A stretch of 64,000 nucleotides of DNA. Origin: Bacteriovorax stolpii. Lineage in GTDB: Bacteria > Bdellovibrionota > UBA2428. Shown here piece after piece: positions 44,161 to 53,368 of the stretch. Within the stretch, counting starts at the first letter, position 1; each line of letters begins with the position of its first letter. The DNA lies in contig CAMCVE010000004.1 in the NCBI GenBank assembly GCA_945881775.1, positions 46,690 through 110,689 on the forward strand. Direction: 5' to 3'. The notes beneath the pieces are model-generated. The model saw only the letters and a program-made list of their open reading frames with translations. It made no database searches and was not told where the DNA came from. Made by a program: the position numbers and the translations under genes.

Positions 44161-45294
44161 GTGAAGACGTTTTCCTTGCCGATCGTTGTGGCATTGGGGT
44201 CAGTCCTTGGACCCGTGCTCGCTCAAGCTTCGACACCTCAGCCTCTTGCCGCTTCGCCGACCTTTGTGTCTCTCGTGGCTTTCTCGGGCGGAGATGGCAT
44301 GGCCAACCGCTTCGGGCACATCGATCTGCGGTTTTCTTATGGCCCGATCCCCCAAGCCAATGATCCCACGGTGGGTTTCGGACCGCGTCTCGAAAAAAAC
44401 GTGAGCCACGCACCTCTCGCCTTTATCGGCATCGGTGACAAAGTGCCGATGTTCGCGTGGAATGAGAGCTTTGAGTCGCGATACATGCAAGCTTCGCGTG
44501 AGGAACTCAGGCAAGTGACGACTTTGGTTTTGGATCTGAGCGACCACGAAAAATCGGAGATCGTCCAGGCCGTGAACGCGTTGCTCACCTCTCGCGATCT
44601 CAAGCCTTACAACGCGCTGATGAGGAACTGCTCCTCTGTGGTTGCGGGCATCTTGCGTGAAGCGAGCAGTCTTTCGGTTGGCGTCCTTGGATTTCTTCCA
44701 GAGCGACTCGAAAAAAAACTCCGCCGACATGCGCTGTCGAGGCAAGTGCTGCCTAGCGGGCGCGATCTCAAGACTCGCGTCCTCGAGAGACAAGTGCGTG
44801 TGCTCGAGGAGCTTTTTCCTGACGGGATTGAGCGCGACGTGTTTCACTCGCAGCTCATGAGTGTCCAGACAGAGTCTCGCATCGTTGCGTATCGTCGTTT
44901 GCAGCTTCGCTCAGGAGCATCCCTTCTCCTCGAAGACTTGCTGAGTACCGAGAGCGAGAGTCGTCGGGCGCTTATCGAATCCAAAATGAGAGACCCTAAA
45001 TTTGCGAGTACACTGCGTGTGCTCAATCTCAAGGGCGGCCAGAATCTGCGGCGACTTGAGGTCGAGGGTTCACGTCTTGTGCTTGAGACCGAGACTGCTT
45101 CACTGCAAAATTCAGCGGGACCGCGACGCAACGACGCGCCCTTGCGTCGTTCTCGAAGCTCGTGGGAACTGCGCTCGCTAGGCCTTCCCAACAGGCCCGG
45201 TGAGAAATGGCAGCTCGCCTCGAAGACTGTGGGCAAGGGCGAGAGCAAGCAAGTTTACTTCTGGCTGACTCCTGATTTGCAGCTTGATCCTTGA
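44161..45294 (+). CDS. DUF4105 (Lnb N-terminal domain)-like secreted protein
   Basis: 377-aa ORF with a GTG start and a signal peptide. RFGHIDLRF and YNALMRNCSSVVAGIL resemble the DUF4105 GHxxLRF / NC motifs, recalled from memory. Confidence 0.45.
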   Translation: MKTFSLPIVVALGSVLGPVLAQASTPQPLAASPTFVSLVAFSGGDGMANRFGHIDLRFSYGPIPQANDPTVGFGPRLEKNVSHAPLAFIGIGDKVPMFAWNESFESRYMQASREELRQVTTLVLDLSDHEKSEIVQAVNALLTSRDLKPYNALMRNCSSVVAGILREASSLSVGVLGFLPERLEKKLRRHALSRQVLPSGRDLKTRVLERQVRVLEELFPDGIERDVFHSQLMSVQTESRIVAYRRLQLRSGASLLLEDLLSTESESRRALIESKMRDPKFASTLRVLNLKGGQNLRRLEVEGSRLVLETETASLQNSAGPRRNDAPLRRSRSSWELRSLGLPNRPGEKWQLASKTVGKGESKQVYFWLTPDLQLDP

Positions 45295-45388
45295 AGGGCT
45301 GGGCTCTCGGTTTCGCAGGTCGTTTTGCCGTGCGTTAATATTCATATATCTTGCTTAAAGCCCTAAGTCTGGCTTTATTACGCAGCAC

Positions 45389-48300
45389 GTGTCGTTCGCC
45401 CATCTCCACCTGCATTCTGAGTTCTCGCTGTCGCAGAGTCTCATCAAGATTGACAAGCTGATCCCACGCGTGGCGGAGCTCGGCATGCCCGCAGTTGCGG
45501 TCACGGATTGGGGTAATCTTTACGGAGCGCTTTACCTTCAGAAAGCCTGCAAATCCAAAGTCGAAGGCAAAGTCAAACCGATCTATGGTCTGGAGATCGG
45601 AATCGAAGTTCCTGGGACAGGACCCTTTCATCGGCACATGGTTTTGCTCGCTGAAACGACCGAAGGATTTTGGAATCTGTGTCGGCTCTCTTCGCGCGCC
45701 CACACCGAATTTGGATTTCAAGACGGTGAGATCCGTCCCTTCTTACCGCTGGATGTGCTTCTCGAAAATCACGAGGGTCTCATCGCGCTCACGGGTGGCA
45801 TGAAAGGCATTCTCAATTCCTTTCTGCTTCAAGAACAGCCCAAAGAGGCGGTGGCCACTCTCGATCGTCTGGCAAAAGTCTTTGGGCCTGAACGACTATT
45901 TTTAGAGCTGCAAGACAACGGCTTGTCTCCGCAACAGCGCTGCAACGAGCAGTCTCTGCTGTGGGCGAAACAAAAGGGCCTCCCGCTCGTCGCCACAAGC
46001 GACGCGCACTACATGCACCGCGAAGATGCGTTTGCGCATGAGATCTGGCTCATGGTGGATCAAAAACTTTCTCTCGAGCAGAACCCTCGCTCGGCGCTGG
46101 TGTCGCAAGAGTTTTACGTCAAAAGTCCCGATGAGATGCAGGAACGTTTTTCGAATACGCCCGAGGCGATTGAGAACACGCTGAAGATTGCCGAGCGCTG
46201 CAACGTCAAACTCAAATTCAGCGACAAAGACGGCAAACGAATCTATCACCTTCCGAATTTCAAAAAGGAAGGCTTCTCAAGCTCGGACGAGATTTTCCGC
46301 GCCGACTGCGCTGAAGGTCTCAAGCAGCGCTTAAAGCAGATAGGACTTCAAGGACCCGAACAAGAAAAGCCCTACTGGGAACGTCTGGACTACGAGATGA
46401 ACGTTATCCAGAAGATGGGCTTTGCGGGCTACTACCTCATCGTCTCGGATTTCGTGATCTGGGCCAAGACCAATGGCATTCCTGTGGGTCCTGGTCGTGG
46501 GTCGGGCGCGGGTTCTCTTTGCGCATGGGTTTTGAAGATTACAGATCTCGACCCGCTTGAATACGGACTCCTCTTCGAGCGTTTCCTCAATCCAGAACGC
46601 GTTTCGATGCCCGACTTTGATATCGATTTCTGTCAGGAGCGTCGTCACGAAGTGATCCGCTACGTCGCCGAAAAATACGGACGCGACCGAGTCTGCCAGA
46701 TTGTCACCTACGCCAAAGAGCAATCCAAAAACGCGATCAAAGACGTGGGTCGTGTGCTCGGACTCTCATTTGCCGACACCAACCGCATCACGAAGCTCAT
46801 TCCCATTGAGCAAGCCAAACCCCTCTCGATCGAGGAATCCTTAGAGCAGGTCGAAGAACTTCGGCAAGCTTGCGAAGAGAATCCTAAGGTCAAACAGGCC
46901 ATCGACATGGGCATGCGCATCGAGGGCTCGCTCAGGCAGGCGGGCGTGCATGCGGCAGGCGTCATTATCGCGGGCCAGCCGCTCACGGAACTCTGCCCAC
47001 TTTCACGCGATGTCAACGGCAACCTGATTTGTCAGTGGGACATGAAAATCAGCGAAGAAGCTGGACTCGTGAAGTTCGACTTTTTGGGACTCGTGACCCT
47101 CGACCTCATGGATCTCACGTGTCGCTGGGTCAATAAGCGTCCCGAACCCGAAGCAAAGACGCTCAACTACCAAAACATCCCGATCCATGATCCTCGCATC
47201 TACGAACTCGTGGCGCGCGGCGATACCCTTGGAGTCTTCCAGCTTGAATCGGGAGGCATGCAAAATCTCTGTATCCGAATGAAGCCCGACCGCTTCGCGG
47301 ACATTTCTGCGATCGCGGCGCTCTTCAGGCCCGGCCCTCTCGAGGCGGGCATGGTCGACGACTACATCAACCGCAAACACGGCAAGGCCAACGTCGAGGT
47401 GATGTTCCCGAAGATGAACGATGTGCTCCGAGAGACCTACGGGGTCATCGTCTATCAGGAGCAGGTCCAAGAGCTGGCAAAAGTTATAGCAGGGTACACG
47501 CTCGGTGGTGCGGATCTGTTGCGCCGTGCGATGGGCAAAAAAGATCCCAAAGAAATGGCGGCGCAGCGAAGCACCTTTGTTGACGGCGCCGTGAAGAATT
47601 CCTACCCCGCAAACAAAGCGGGCGAGCTCTTCGATCTCATCGAAAAGTTTGCGGGTTACGGTTTCAACAAGTCTCACACCTATGCCTATGCAATGCTTGC
47701 CGCTCAGACGGGCTATCTGAAGTCCGTTTACCCAACAGAGTTTTTCACGGCTTTGCTCACGATCGAAAAAGACGACACCGACAAGCTCTCTCGCTACATC
47801 CAAGACGCGCGGATGCGCAAGCTGCAGGTGCTCCCACCGGACGTGAACGAATCCCTGAGTGACTTTGCAATTGCGAGCGAAGGAATTATTCGCTTCGGAC
47901 TCTCCGCGATCAAGAACGTTGGAGAAAACGCTGTTGCAGAAATCATCATGGCTCGTGAGTCGGGTGGCAAATTCACAGATCTTTTCGATTTCCTAAATCG
48001 TGTGAACACCAAAAAAATCAACAAGCGCACGATGGAGTGTCTGATTCAGGCGGGGGCTTTTGATTCGATTGCAGCCAGTCAGAACACCAGCGCGCGAGAA
48101 TTGCGAGGCCTTTACCTAGGCACTGTTGAGAAGGCGATGGAGTGGGCCTCGAAGCTAACCGAAGAACGCGAAGCCGGCCAGGAGTCGCTCTTTGGCGCTA
48201 TTGACCCCCCCAAAACTTCGTCAGGTCCCGTGCGAGGTCCTGGTTTTGGGGAAGCTCTGGTGATTTCGGAACGAGAAATGTTGGCCTGGGAAAAGCAGCT

Positions 48301-48964
48301 GCTAGGTGTCTACGTGAGCGGATCCCCACTTGATCGTTACCTCGAGAGAGCACGTGTTGCGGGCGCGATGCCGATTTTTGAACTCAGCGAACGCAAGCCA
48401 AAATCTGTGGTGACCATCGCCTGCGTCGTTGTGGAACTGCGAGAGGTTCGCGTCAAGCGCGGTCGCATGGCTGGCGAGAACATGGGCATCATCAAACTTG
48501 AGGACCCTTCCGGTCAGGTCGAGCTCATCAGTTTCCCGGAGCACTATAAAGAGTTCAACGCTCTGTTTAAGGGCGGCAGTCCTCTTCTCGTGCGGGCCGA
48601 ACTCGATTTCGAAGAAGACAAGGCCAAGCTCATTTGCGGGCAAGTGAGCTTGGGTGGTGCGATGGCCGTCGAGGATCTCACGCGTGTCGAGGAGAAGCTA
48701 CCGCATTCGATCAAGCTCAATTTGAACCTCGACCGTGTCGAAGGCAAATATTCTGTCGAGAGTCTCTATTCAGAGATCGCTCAGATTCTGCGCAAGCACC
48801 GCGGTCACGTTCCAGTTTCGCTGTCGCTTCTTAAGGCGGGCCTTTTCAACACTCAGCTCGATCTTGGGCCTGACTATCACGTGCACTGGGGTCCAAACCT
48901 AAAGCAGGAGCTCGAAGGCATCATCGCTGTTCCGGGCGCACTCAACATCCAAGCGCTTCACTAA
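45389..48964 (+). CDS. dnaE: DNA polymerase III subunit alpha
   Basis: 1191-aa ORF with a GTG start. PHP-domain N-terminus SFAHLHLHSEFSL. Polymerase core motifs GPGRGSGAGSL and MPDFDIDF. HhH and OB-fold regions toward the C-terminus. Confidence 0.95.
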   Translation: MSFAHLHLHSEFSLSQSLIKIDKLIPRVAELGMPAVAVTDWGNLYGALYLQKACKSKVEGKVKPIYGLEIGIEVPGTGPFHRHMVLLAETTEGFWNLCRLSSRAHTEFGFQDGEIRPFLPLDVLLENHEGLIALTGGMKGILNSFLLQEQPKEAVATLDRLAKVFGPERLFLELQDNGLSPQQRCNEQSLLWAKQKGLPLVATSDAHYMHREDAFAHEIWLMVDQKLSLEQNPRSALVSQEFYVKSPDEMQERFSNTPEAIENTLKIAERCNVKLKFSDKDGKRIYHLPNFKKEGFSSSDEIFRADCAEGLKQRLKQIGLQGPEQEKPYWERLDYEMNVIQKMGFAGYYLIVSDFVIWAKTNGIPVGPGRGSGAGSLCAWVLKITDLDPLEYGLLFERFLNPERVSMPDFDIDFCQERRHEVIRYVAEKYGRDRVCQIVTYAKEQSKNAIKDVGRVLGLSFADTNRITKLIPIEQAKPLSIEESLEQVEELRQACEENPKVKQAIDMGMRIEGSLRQAGVHAAGVIIAGQPLTELCPLSRDVNGNLICQWDMKISEEAGLVKFDFLGLVTLDLMDLTCRWVNKRPEPEAKTLNYQNIPIHDPRIYELVARGDTLGVFQLESGGMQNLCIRMKPDRFADISAIAALFRPGPLEAGMVDDYINRKHGKANVEVMFPKMNDVLRETYGVIVYQEQVQELAKVIAGYTLGGADLLRRAMGKKDPKEMAAQRSTFVDGAVKNSYPANKAGELFDLIEKFAGYGFNKSHTYAYAMLAAQTGYLKSVYPTEFFTALLTIEKDDTDKLSRYIQDARMRKLQVLPPDVNESLSDFAIASEGIIRFGLSAIKNVGENAVAEIIMARESGGKFTDLFDFLNRVNTKKINKRTMECLIQAGAFDSIAASQNTSARELRGLYLGTVEKAMEWASKLTEEREAGQESLFGAIDPPKTSSGPVRGPGFGEALVISEREMLAWEKQLLGVYVSGSPLDRYLERARVAGAMPIFELSERKPKSVVTIACVVVELREVRVKRGRMAGENMGIIKLEDPSGQVELISFPEHYKEFNALFKGGSPLLVRAELDFEEDKAKLICGQVSLGGAMAVEDLTRVEEKLPHSIKLNLNLDRVEGKYSVESLYSEIAQILRKHRGHVPVSLSLLKAGLFNTQLDLGPDYHVHWGPNLKQELEGIIAVPGALNIQALH

Positions 48965-49088
48965 TTTTTTTAGGCTGGGATTCAAAAAATTCCAGGTACG
49001 ATCTGTTGCATCGAGCTGTAGCGCCGTCATGTCCGTGCACTCGCTCCATATCTCGCCCTCAAGCGAAGTTGAATCCGAGCTCGACGCA

Positions 49089-49146
49089 CGCAGCGGTCGA
49101 CGCGGAGCCCCGACAGGCTGATCAGGGCTCCGCGTCGACCGCTGCG
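49089..49146. terminator. Perfect 22-bp GC-rich inverted repeat (14-nt loop) between the convergent dnaE and DUF2799 genes
   Basis: cgcagcggtcgacgcggagccc (49089-49110) is the exact reverse complement of 49125-49146. The right arm encodes the last 7 codons of the minus-strand gene, and the loop holds its stop codon. There is no U-run, so a terminator role is inferred only from the convergent context. Confidence 0.5.
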
Positions 49147-49901
49147 CCTAGCTGCACGCGCAGTTCGCTGATCTCGTTGCGGAGCCTTTGAATTGCGGAC
49201 TCTTTTTCGCGTTTGCGCGAGCTCTCACTGTAGATTCGTGACTCAAGCGAGCTGCGTTCACTGTTGAGCGTGTTGACCATCTCAGGACTCGGGTTGCGGG
49301 CCATTGTGATGCTCTGGGCAGTGATAAGACCTGTGAGTTGACCGCGCAGACGTGACTCCGAATGCGAGGCCTCGTTGGCTTCATTCTGAGCATCTTGAAT
49401 CTCAATTTCCTTGGCGGCAATGATGCTCGCCAGATAGACGCGTTTGCCGCGTTTGAATTGCTTTAGGAACGAAGTTTCGAGTTTTTCTGGGCAGACGTTC
49501 TTGTAGGTCTTGCCGAGCGCGCCTTGCTCGTAGCCATTTTCAGGTCGGCAGTAGGCCGTCACACCTTTTTGATAGTCTTTGCGTAAGCTGGAAGCTGATG
49601 CGGGATCACAGAGGTCGTCGTTGAAGATATCGCCCTTGCGACCAGTTTCCGTGGCGCCATCGGCCGTGCAGTAGCGACCCATTCCGGCCTTAAAGCCCAC
49701 GTCGAGTTGGGACTCGTCGACCTCGACGTCCTCTTTCTTACATTGGGCGGCGAAGTTGTCCGCACTCAAGCGTTTGCCCGCAAGAGCGACCGATTCGCCG
49801 TACTCAAACCAATGGGTGGCCTTGCAGCGGCGCTTGAGTTCGGAGGCACAGGAGCTGAGCAGAACAGCAGAGGCGACAACAAAAAGAATCTTGGATTTCA
49901 T
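49122..49901 (-). CDS. DUF2799-family lipoprotein with a C-terminal coiled coil
   Basis: Lipobox MKSKILFVVASAVLLSSC. Repeated Cys/Trp/Gly modules (CKATHWFEYGESVALAGKR, GFKAGMGRYC, ENGYEQGALGKTYKNVC) are typical of DUF2799. Confidence 0.65.
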   Translation of the reverse strand: MKSKILFVVASAVLLSSCASELKRRCKATHWFEYGESVALAGKRLSADNFAAQCKKEDVEVDESQLDVGFKAGMGRYCTADGATETGRKGDIFNDDLCDPASASSLRKDYQKGVTAYCRPENGYEQGALGKTYKNVCPEKLETSFLKQFKRGKRVYLASIIAAKEIEIQDAQNEANEASHSESRLRGQLTGLITAQSITMARNPSPEMVNTLNSERSSLESRIYSESSRKREKESAIQRLRNEISELRVQLGAAVDAEP

Positions 49902-50020
49902 GACCCGCTTAGAATACCGAGTCCTCGGAGATCCTCAAGCCACAAGCCAGGCAAAGAAAGCCAGGGCACACACCTTGTCCCCCCTTTGCTCAAGCCCTAA
50001 GCTTGGGGTCGGACCTCATC

Positions 50021-51796
50021 ATGGCAAAACGTTGTCTTTTAGCGCTCGTTATACTTTTGCTTTTTGGGGCGTCCCTGGGCCTGGGTGTTTATTGGGCGGC
50101 TCCGGGTTGGATCGCAGAGAGACTCAAACTCGCTGCAGGTGAACAGGGTTTTGATCTCGATGCGAAGGTCGCCGATCTCCACGCTTCGGGCATGAAGATG
50201 TCTCTTCAACTGCACAAGCCCTTGAGCCTGCGAAGCGATGTTGTCGTAACTTGGGATTTGTCACGAGTCTGGAGTGAGATTCCCTTTGCTGTACGATCGT
50301 TGTCTTCCACGCGTCTCGATTTGGTTGAAGTCCCTGGGGGAGTGTGGCTGAGGGAACCTCATTTCGAGATCGGCGGAACTTATCATCGCCGAGACGCCGT
50401 GCTTGAGTTTCAAAAAATTGAAATCGATCTCGTTTCTGAGTCTCCCCTCCGAGGTGAGCTGCAGGTGCGCCCCGTGAGCCTTTCGGAATTCAAGTCTTGG
50501 CGCGCCGAACTCAAACTTAAGGCTCAGAATTTTTCGGGTCTGGGTGAGCCTCGGATGAGTCTCAAAGAAACGGCGAAACTTGTGGTCGTGTCCCACTCGG
50601 TCGCTGATTCTCATCGCCTTGAAGTGGAACAAGACGATGCCGTGTTTCGACTCGCCTGGCTCGCAAGTCCCGAATCGAAACCACTCAAGTTTTCCCTCGA
50701 CCCAGGCGAGGCGCGCGTTGAGTTCCGGAAAGATGGCACTCGACCCTTCACATTTACGACCCGCTACACGACCGAGCATCCGCTTCTCGCCTCCCAGGGT
50801 GAAATTGCAATTGACGGCGTTGATTTTTCAGATCTTCAGCTCAAGCTGCGAGACCAGTCTCGCTTTCGCAAGTGGAAACAAGGAGACTACGAGGCAGGAG
50901 CCGGTCACGCGAGGGTGCGTCTTGTGGCTCGCCTCAAAAAATCGATGGCCTCGGTGACTTCGCTCAACGTGAGCGCAGCTTGGGACCAGTTGCAACGAAA
51001 GGAACTCGTGGCACAAGAAATTTCTGCGCAGGCGGAGCTGCGCTGTGCACCGTTTTCTACAAAGGGTTTCGCGCCTCAGAAGCTCGGCGCTGCATGCCGA
51101 TTGTTGCCGGGGGGCGTGGAACTCCAAGTGGGTCGTGTTTTTAGCAAGCAGCCGATTCGCGGTCTAAAGCTTTGGCTTAAGCCCTCGGCGAAGGTCTACT
51201 CGGGCAAGGTCGAGATGGACTGGCAAGGTGCCCGTATCGAGAGCAGTGTGTTTGAGCTGGACCCTTCGCTCTCGAGTGTGCATCTGGAGATGGCCTCGCC
51301 TAAACTCAGTCTTCAGGAGCTTCTCACGGCCCTCGATCAACCCAAGTTGAGCGGGCAGGGTGATATGCAAGCCTCACTCCGCATGATGTGGGAGCGCGCT
51401 CGCGGGCTCACGATTCGTCCCGCATTTTTTGAATCTACGGGGCCTGGGATTTTACGCTACGCCGATCCCGCCCTTCATGGCACAGTGGGCAAGGTCGAGA
51501 CCTTCGACAGTTTCCAGGCACTTCTTGCTCGAGGTCAGCAGGCTCTTGTTATGAAGGCACTCGAGGATTTTCACTACAAGAAGTTCAAAGCCACGGTGAC
51601 GCGTGATCCCGATCTCAAGTTGAGGGCTGAGCTTGATCTGTCTGGCGCCAACCCCGCGCTTGCGAAGAGCCAGCCCTTTGAGATTCGTATTCCGATTGAA
51701 GGTGATCTTGAAAGTCTTCTTCTCAATTCACTTTTTGCAGACTTTTCGCAACGCGGGATGCCAGCGCCCCGCCGTCTTCCAAAGTCCACGAACTGA
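50021..51796 (+). CDS. ydbH: YdbH-like AsmA-family protein (intermembrane lipid-transport candidate)
   Basis: 591 aa from ATG 50021 with an N-terminal TM anchor (CLLALVILLLFGASLGLGVYW). C-terminus is YdbH-like: ILRYADP...ALVMKALEDFHYKKFKATVTRD...LSGANPAL...FEIRIPIEGDLESLL. Followed by ynbE and ydbL homologues. Confidence 0.6.
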   Translation: MAKRCLLALVILLLFGASLGLGVYWAAPGWIAERLKLAAGEQGFDLDAKVADLHASGMKMSLQLHKPLSLRSDVVVTWDLSRVWSEIPFAVRSLSSTRLDLVEVPGGVWLREPHFEIGGTYHRRDAVLEFQKIEIDLVSESPLRGELQVRPVSLSEFKSWRAELKLKAQNFSGLGEPRMSLKETAKLVVVSHSVADSHRLEVEQDDAVFRLAWLASPESKPLKFSLDPGEARVEFRKDGTRPFTFTTRYTTEHPLLASQGEIAIDGVDFSDLQLKLRDQSRFRKWKQGDYEAGAGHARVRLVARLKKSMASVTSLNVSAAWDQLQRKELVAQEISAQAELRCAPFSTKGFAPQKLGAACRLLPGGVELQVGRVFSKQPIRGLKLWLKPSAKVYSGKVEMDWQGARIESSVFELDPSLSSVHLEMASPKLSLQELLTALDQPKLSGQGDMQASLRMMWERARGLTIRPAFFESTGPGILRYADPALHGTVGKVETFDSFQALLARGQQALVMKALEDFHYKKFKATVTRDPDLKLRAELDLSGANPALAKSQPFEIRIPIEGDLESLLLNSLFADFSQRGMPAPRRLPKSTN

Positions 51797-51810
51797 GATA
51801 TGATAGGCCC

Positions 51811-52017
51811 ATGAGAAATCTCTTTGCCTTATTGGGGCTCCTCGGCATTTCGGCTTGCACACATCACCTGATGATTGAGCCTTCCGACAAGCCTTTCGTC
51901 GTCAATTTGAACGTGAAAATCGATCACGAAGTAAAACTCGAGATCCAAGAAAAGAATCAGGATCTTCTGAATCTCGAAGACCAAGTCATCTCCACAAAAC
52001 CCAAGAGGAAGTCTTAA
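51811..52017 (+). CDS. ynbE: YnbE-family small lipoprotein
   Basis: 68-aa ORF. Lipobox LLGLLGISAC, followed by the YnbE-like IEPSDKPFVVNLNVKIDHEV. Confidence 0.75.
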   Translation: MRNLFALLGLLGISACTHHLMIEPSDKPFVVNLNVKIDHEVKLEIQEKNQDLLNLEDQVISTKPKRKS

Positions 52018-52020
52018 GCC

Positions 52021-52404
52021 ATGCGTGACATGATTGTTCTTGCCCTTTTTGCTCTTTTCTCTCTGACTCCCGCACTCTCTCATGCGGCCGGCGTTGACGC
52101 CGTTGCCCTCAGCGCCATGAAGGAGCGAGTTCCTGAACTTGTTCAGGCCAAAGAGAGCGGAGCCGTCGGCGAAAAGCGTGATGGTCTTGTGGGACTTGTG
52201 AATGAAAACTTGGCATCGACGGCCGTGAAAGCCCTTGTTGAAGAAGAAAATAAGAATCGTCGCACGGTGTATGAGGCTCGAGCCCAGGAACAAAGCAAAG
52301 ATCTCGAGGTTTTCATGCGCGTCATGGGTGATTCTCGAATCGACAACGAGAAGCCTGGCCGTTTTGTTCAGAAGTTCGATGGCAACTGGACCAAGAAGAA
52401 CTGA
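52021..52404 (+). CDS. ydbL: YdbL-family periplasmic protein (DUF1318)
   Basis: 127-aa ORF with a signal peptide. DUF1318-like ESGAVGEKRDGLVGLV...VEEENKNRRTVYEARA. Canonical position after ynbE. Confidence 0.75.
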   Translation: MRDMIVLALFALFSLTPALSHAAGVDAVALSAMKERVPELVQAKESGAVGEKRDGLVGLVNENLASTAVKALVEEENKNRRTVYEARAQEQSKDLEVFMRVMGDSRIDNEKPGRFVQKFDGNWTKKN

Positions 52405-52406
52405 CC

Positions 52407-53354
52407 ATGAAGCGGGTTGGATTCTTTGCTGCGCTCGCAGCTAGTTTTTGTCTGATGTCGTGCGTGGCGCCTGTTCGTCGTGACGTCGCGCCCACTGTTC
52501 GAAGTGCTGTAAAGAAAGACGAAACTTCACCTCAGATTCCGAAGATTGAGGGTTTGAAGAAACGTATTTGGGTGCTCGATCTTCGTGTGAGCGCGCCGAT
52601 CCCCGAAGCACTTGCGACTCTCGATTTCCGCCAAGTGTTTCGTGATTCGATAACGGAAGTGTTTTTGAACGACGAGAACAGTGCTTTCGTGCCGGTCTCT
52701 TCGGACCAAGCCGTATTGAGTGACCTAAAAATTGATTCCTTCACGGATCCCATGGAAGTGGCTCGCGTCGCTCGGGGCTCAGGGATCGCTGGGTATTTAC
52801 GCGGCGAGATTCACCAGATCGAAATGACCGAGAAAAAAGATCCTAAGGGACTGATTCAGTCGCGTGATGTGACGTTGAATCTCGGTGTGAGTTACGAGAT
52901 GTACGACGCGGCTTCGGGTCGCTCGCTTGTTTCGGGCAATCGCAAAAAAACATATATTGAGACGCGCTCCGAAATTTTGGGTTATGCGACGGGTATTTCA
53001 GACCCCGACAAAAAAATACGCGCGATGGCAGACTCCGTAGCGCTTTGGATGCTGAAGGATCTCAATCCTCATGCCGCGAAAGTGGGCTGGTCCGGTCGTA
53101 TTCTCAAGATCGAAGGCGCCCGTATTTTTGTGAATGCGGGGCGCAGCTCCGGTCTCAGGATGGGTGACGTCCTGAAAGTCGTCGAGCCTCCTAAGGATGT
53201 TTTTGATCCTCAATCAGGCAGGTTCATCGGGCAGGCCCCGGGCCGAGTGAAGGGCACCTGCAAAGTCGTAGAGTATTTCGGGCTCGATGGAGCGGTCGGT
53301 ATGCTGCAGTCCGGTGGGGGCCTCGTACCAGGCGACCGCGTTGAGCTTTTCTAA
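52407..53354 (+). CDS. Lipoprotein of unknown function (possible CsgG/LpoB-like N-domain plus a small beta-domain)
   Basis: 315-aa ORF starting 3 nt after the ydbL stop. Lipobox AALAASFCLMSC. The C-terminal pattern GRILKIEGARIFVNAGRSSGLRMGDVLKV...VPGDRVELF is seen in several envelope lipoprotein families. The fold assignment is weak. Confidence 0.55.
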   Translation: MKRVGFFAALAASFCLMSCVAPVRRDVAPTVRSAVKKDETSPQIPKIEGLKKRIWVLDLRVSAPIPEALATLDFRQVFRDSITEVFLNDENSAFVPVSSDQAVLSDLKIDSFTDPMEVARVARGSGIAGYLRGEIHQIEMTEKKDPKGLIQSRDVTLNLGVSYEMYDAASGRSLVSGNRKKTYIETRSEILGYATGISDPDKKIRAMADSVALWMLKDLNPHAAKVGWSGRILKIEGARIFVNAGRSSGLRMGDVLKVVEPPKDVFDPQSGRFIGQAPGRVKGTCKVVEYFGLDGAVGMLQSGGGLVPGDRVELF

Positions 53355-53368
53355 CATCTCTGAGAGTA

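Noticed and set aside
47003-47803. 266-aa minus-strand ORF inside dnaE
   Set aside because: It is antisense to the well-supported DNA polymerase III alpha frame and has no start context or motifs.
49006-49191. 61-aa plus-strand ORF containing AAVDAEP
   Set aside because: The peptide similarity to the C-terminus of the DUF2799 protein is a by-product of the 22-bp inverted repeat, not evidence of a gene.
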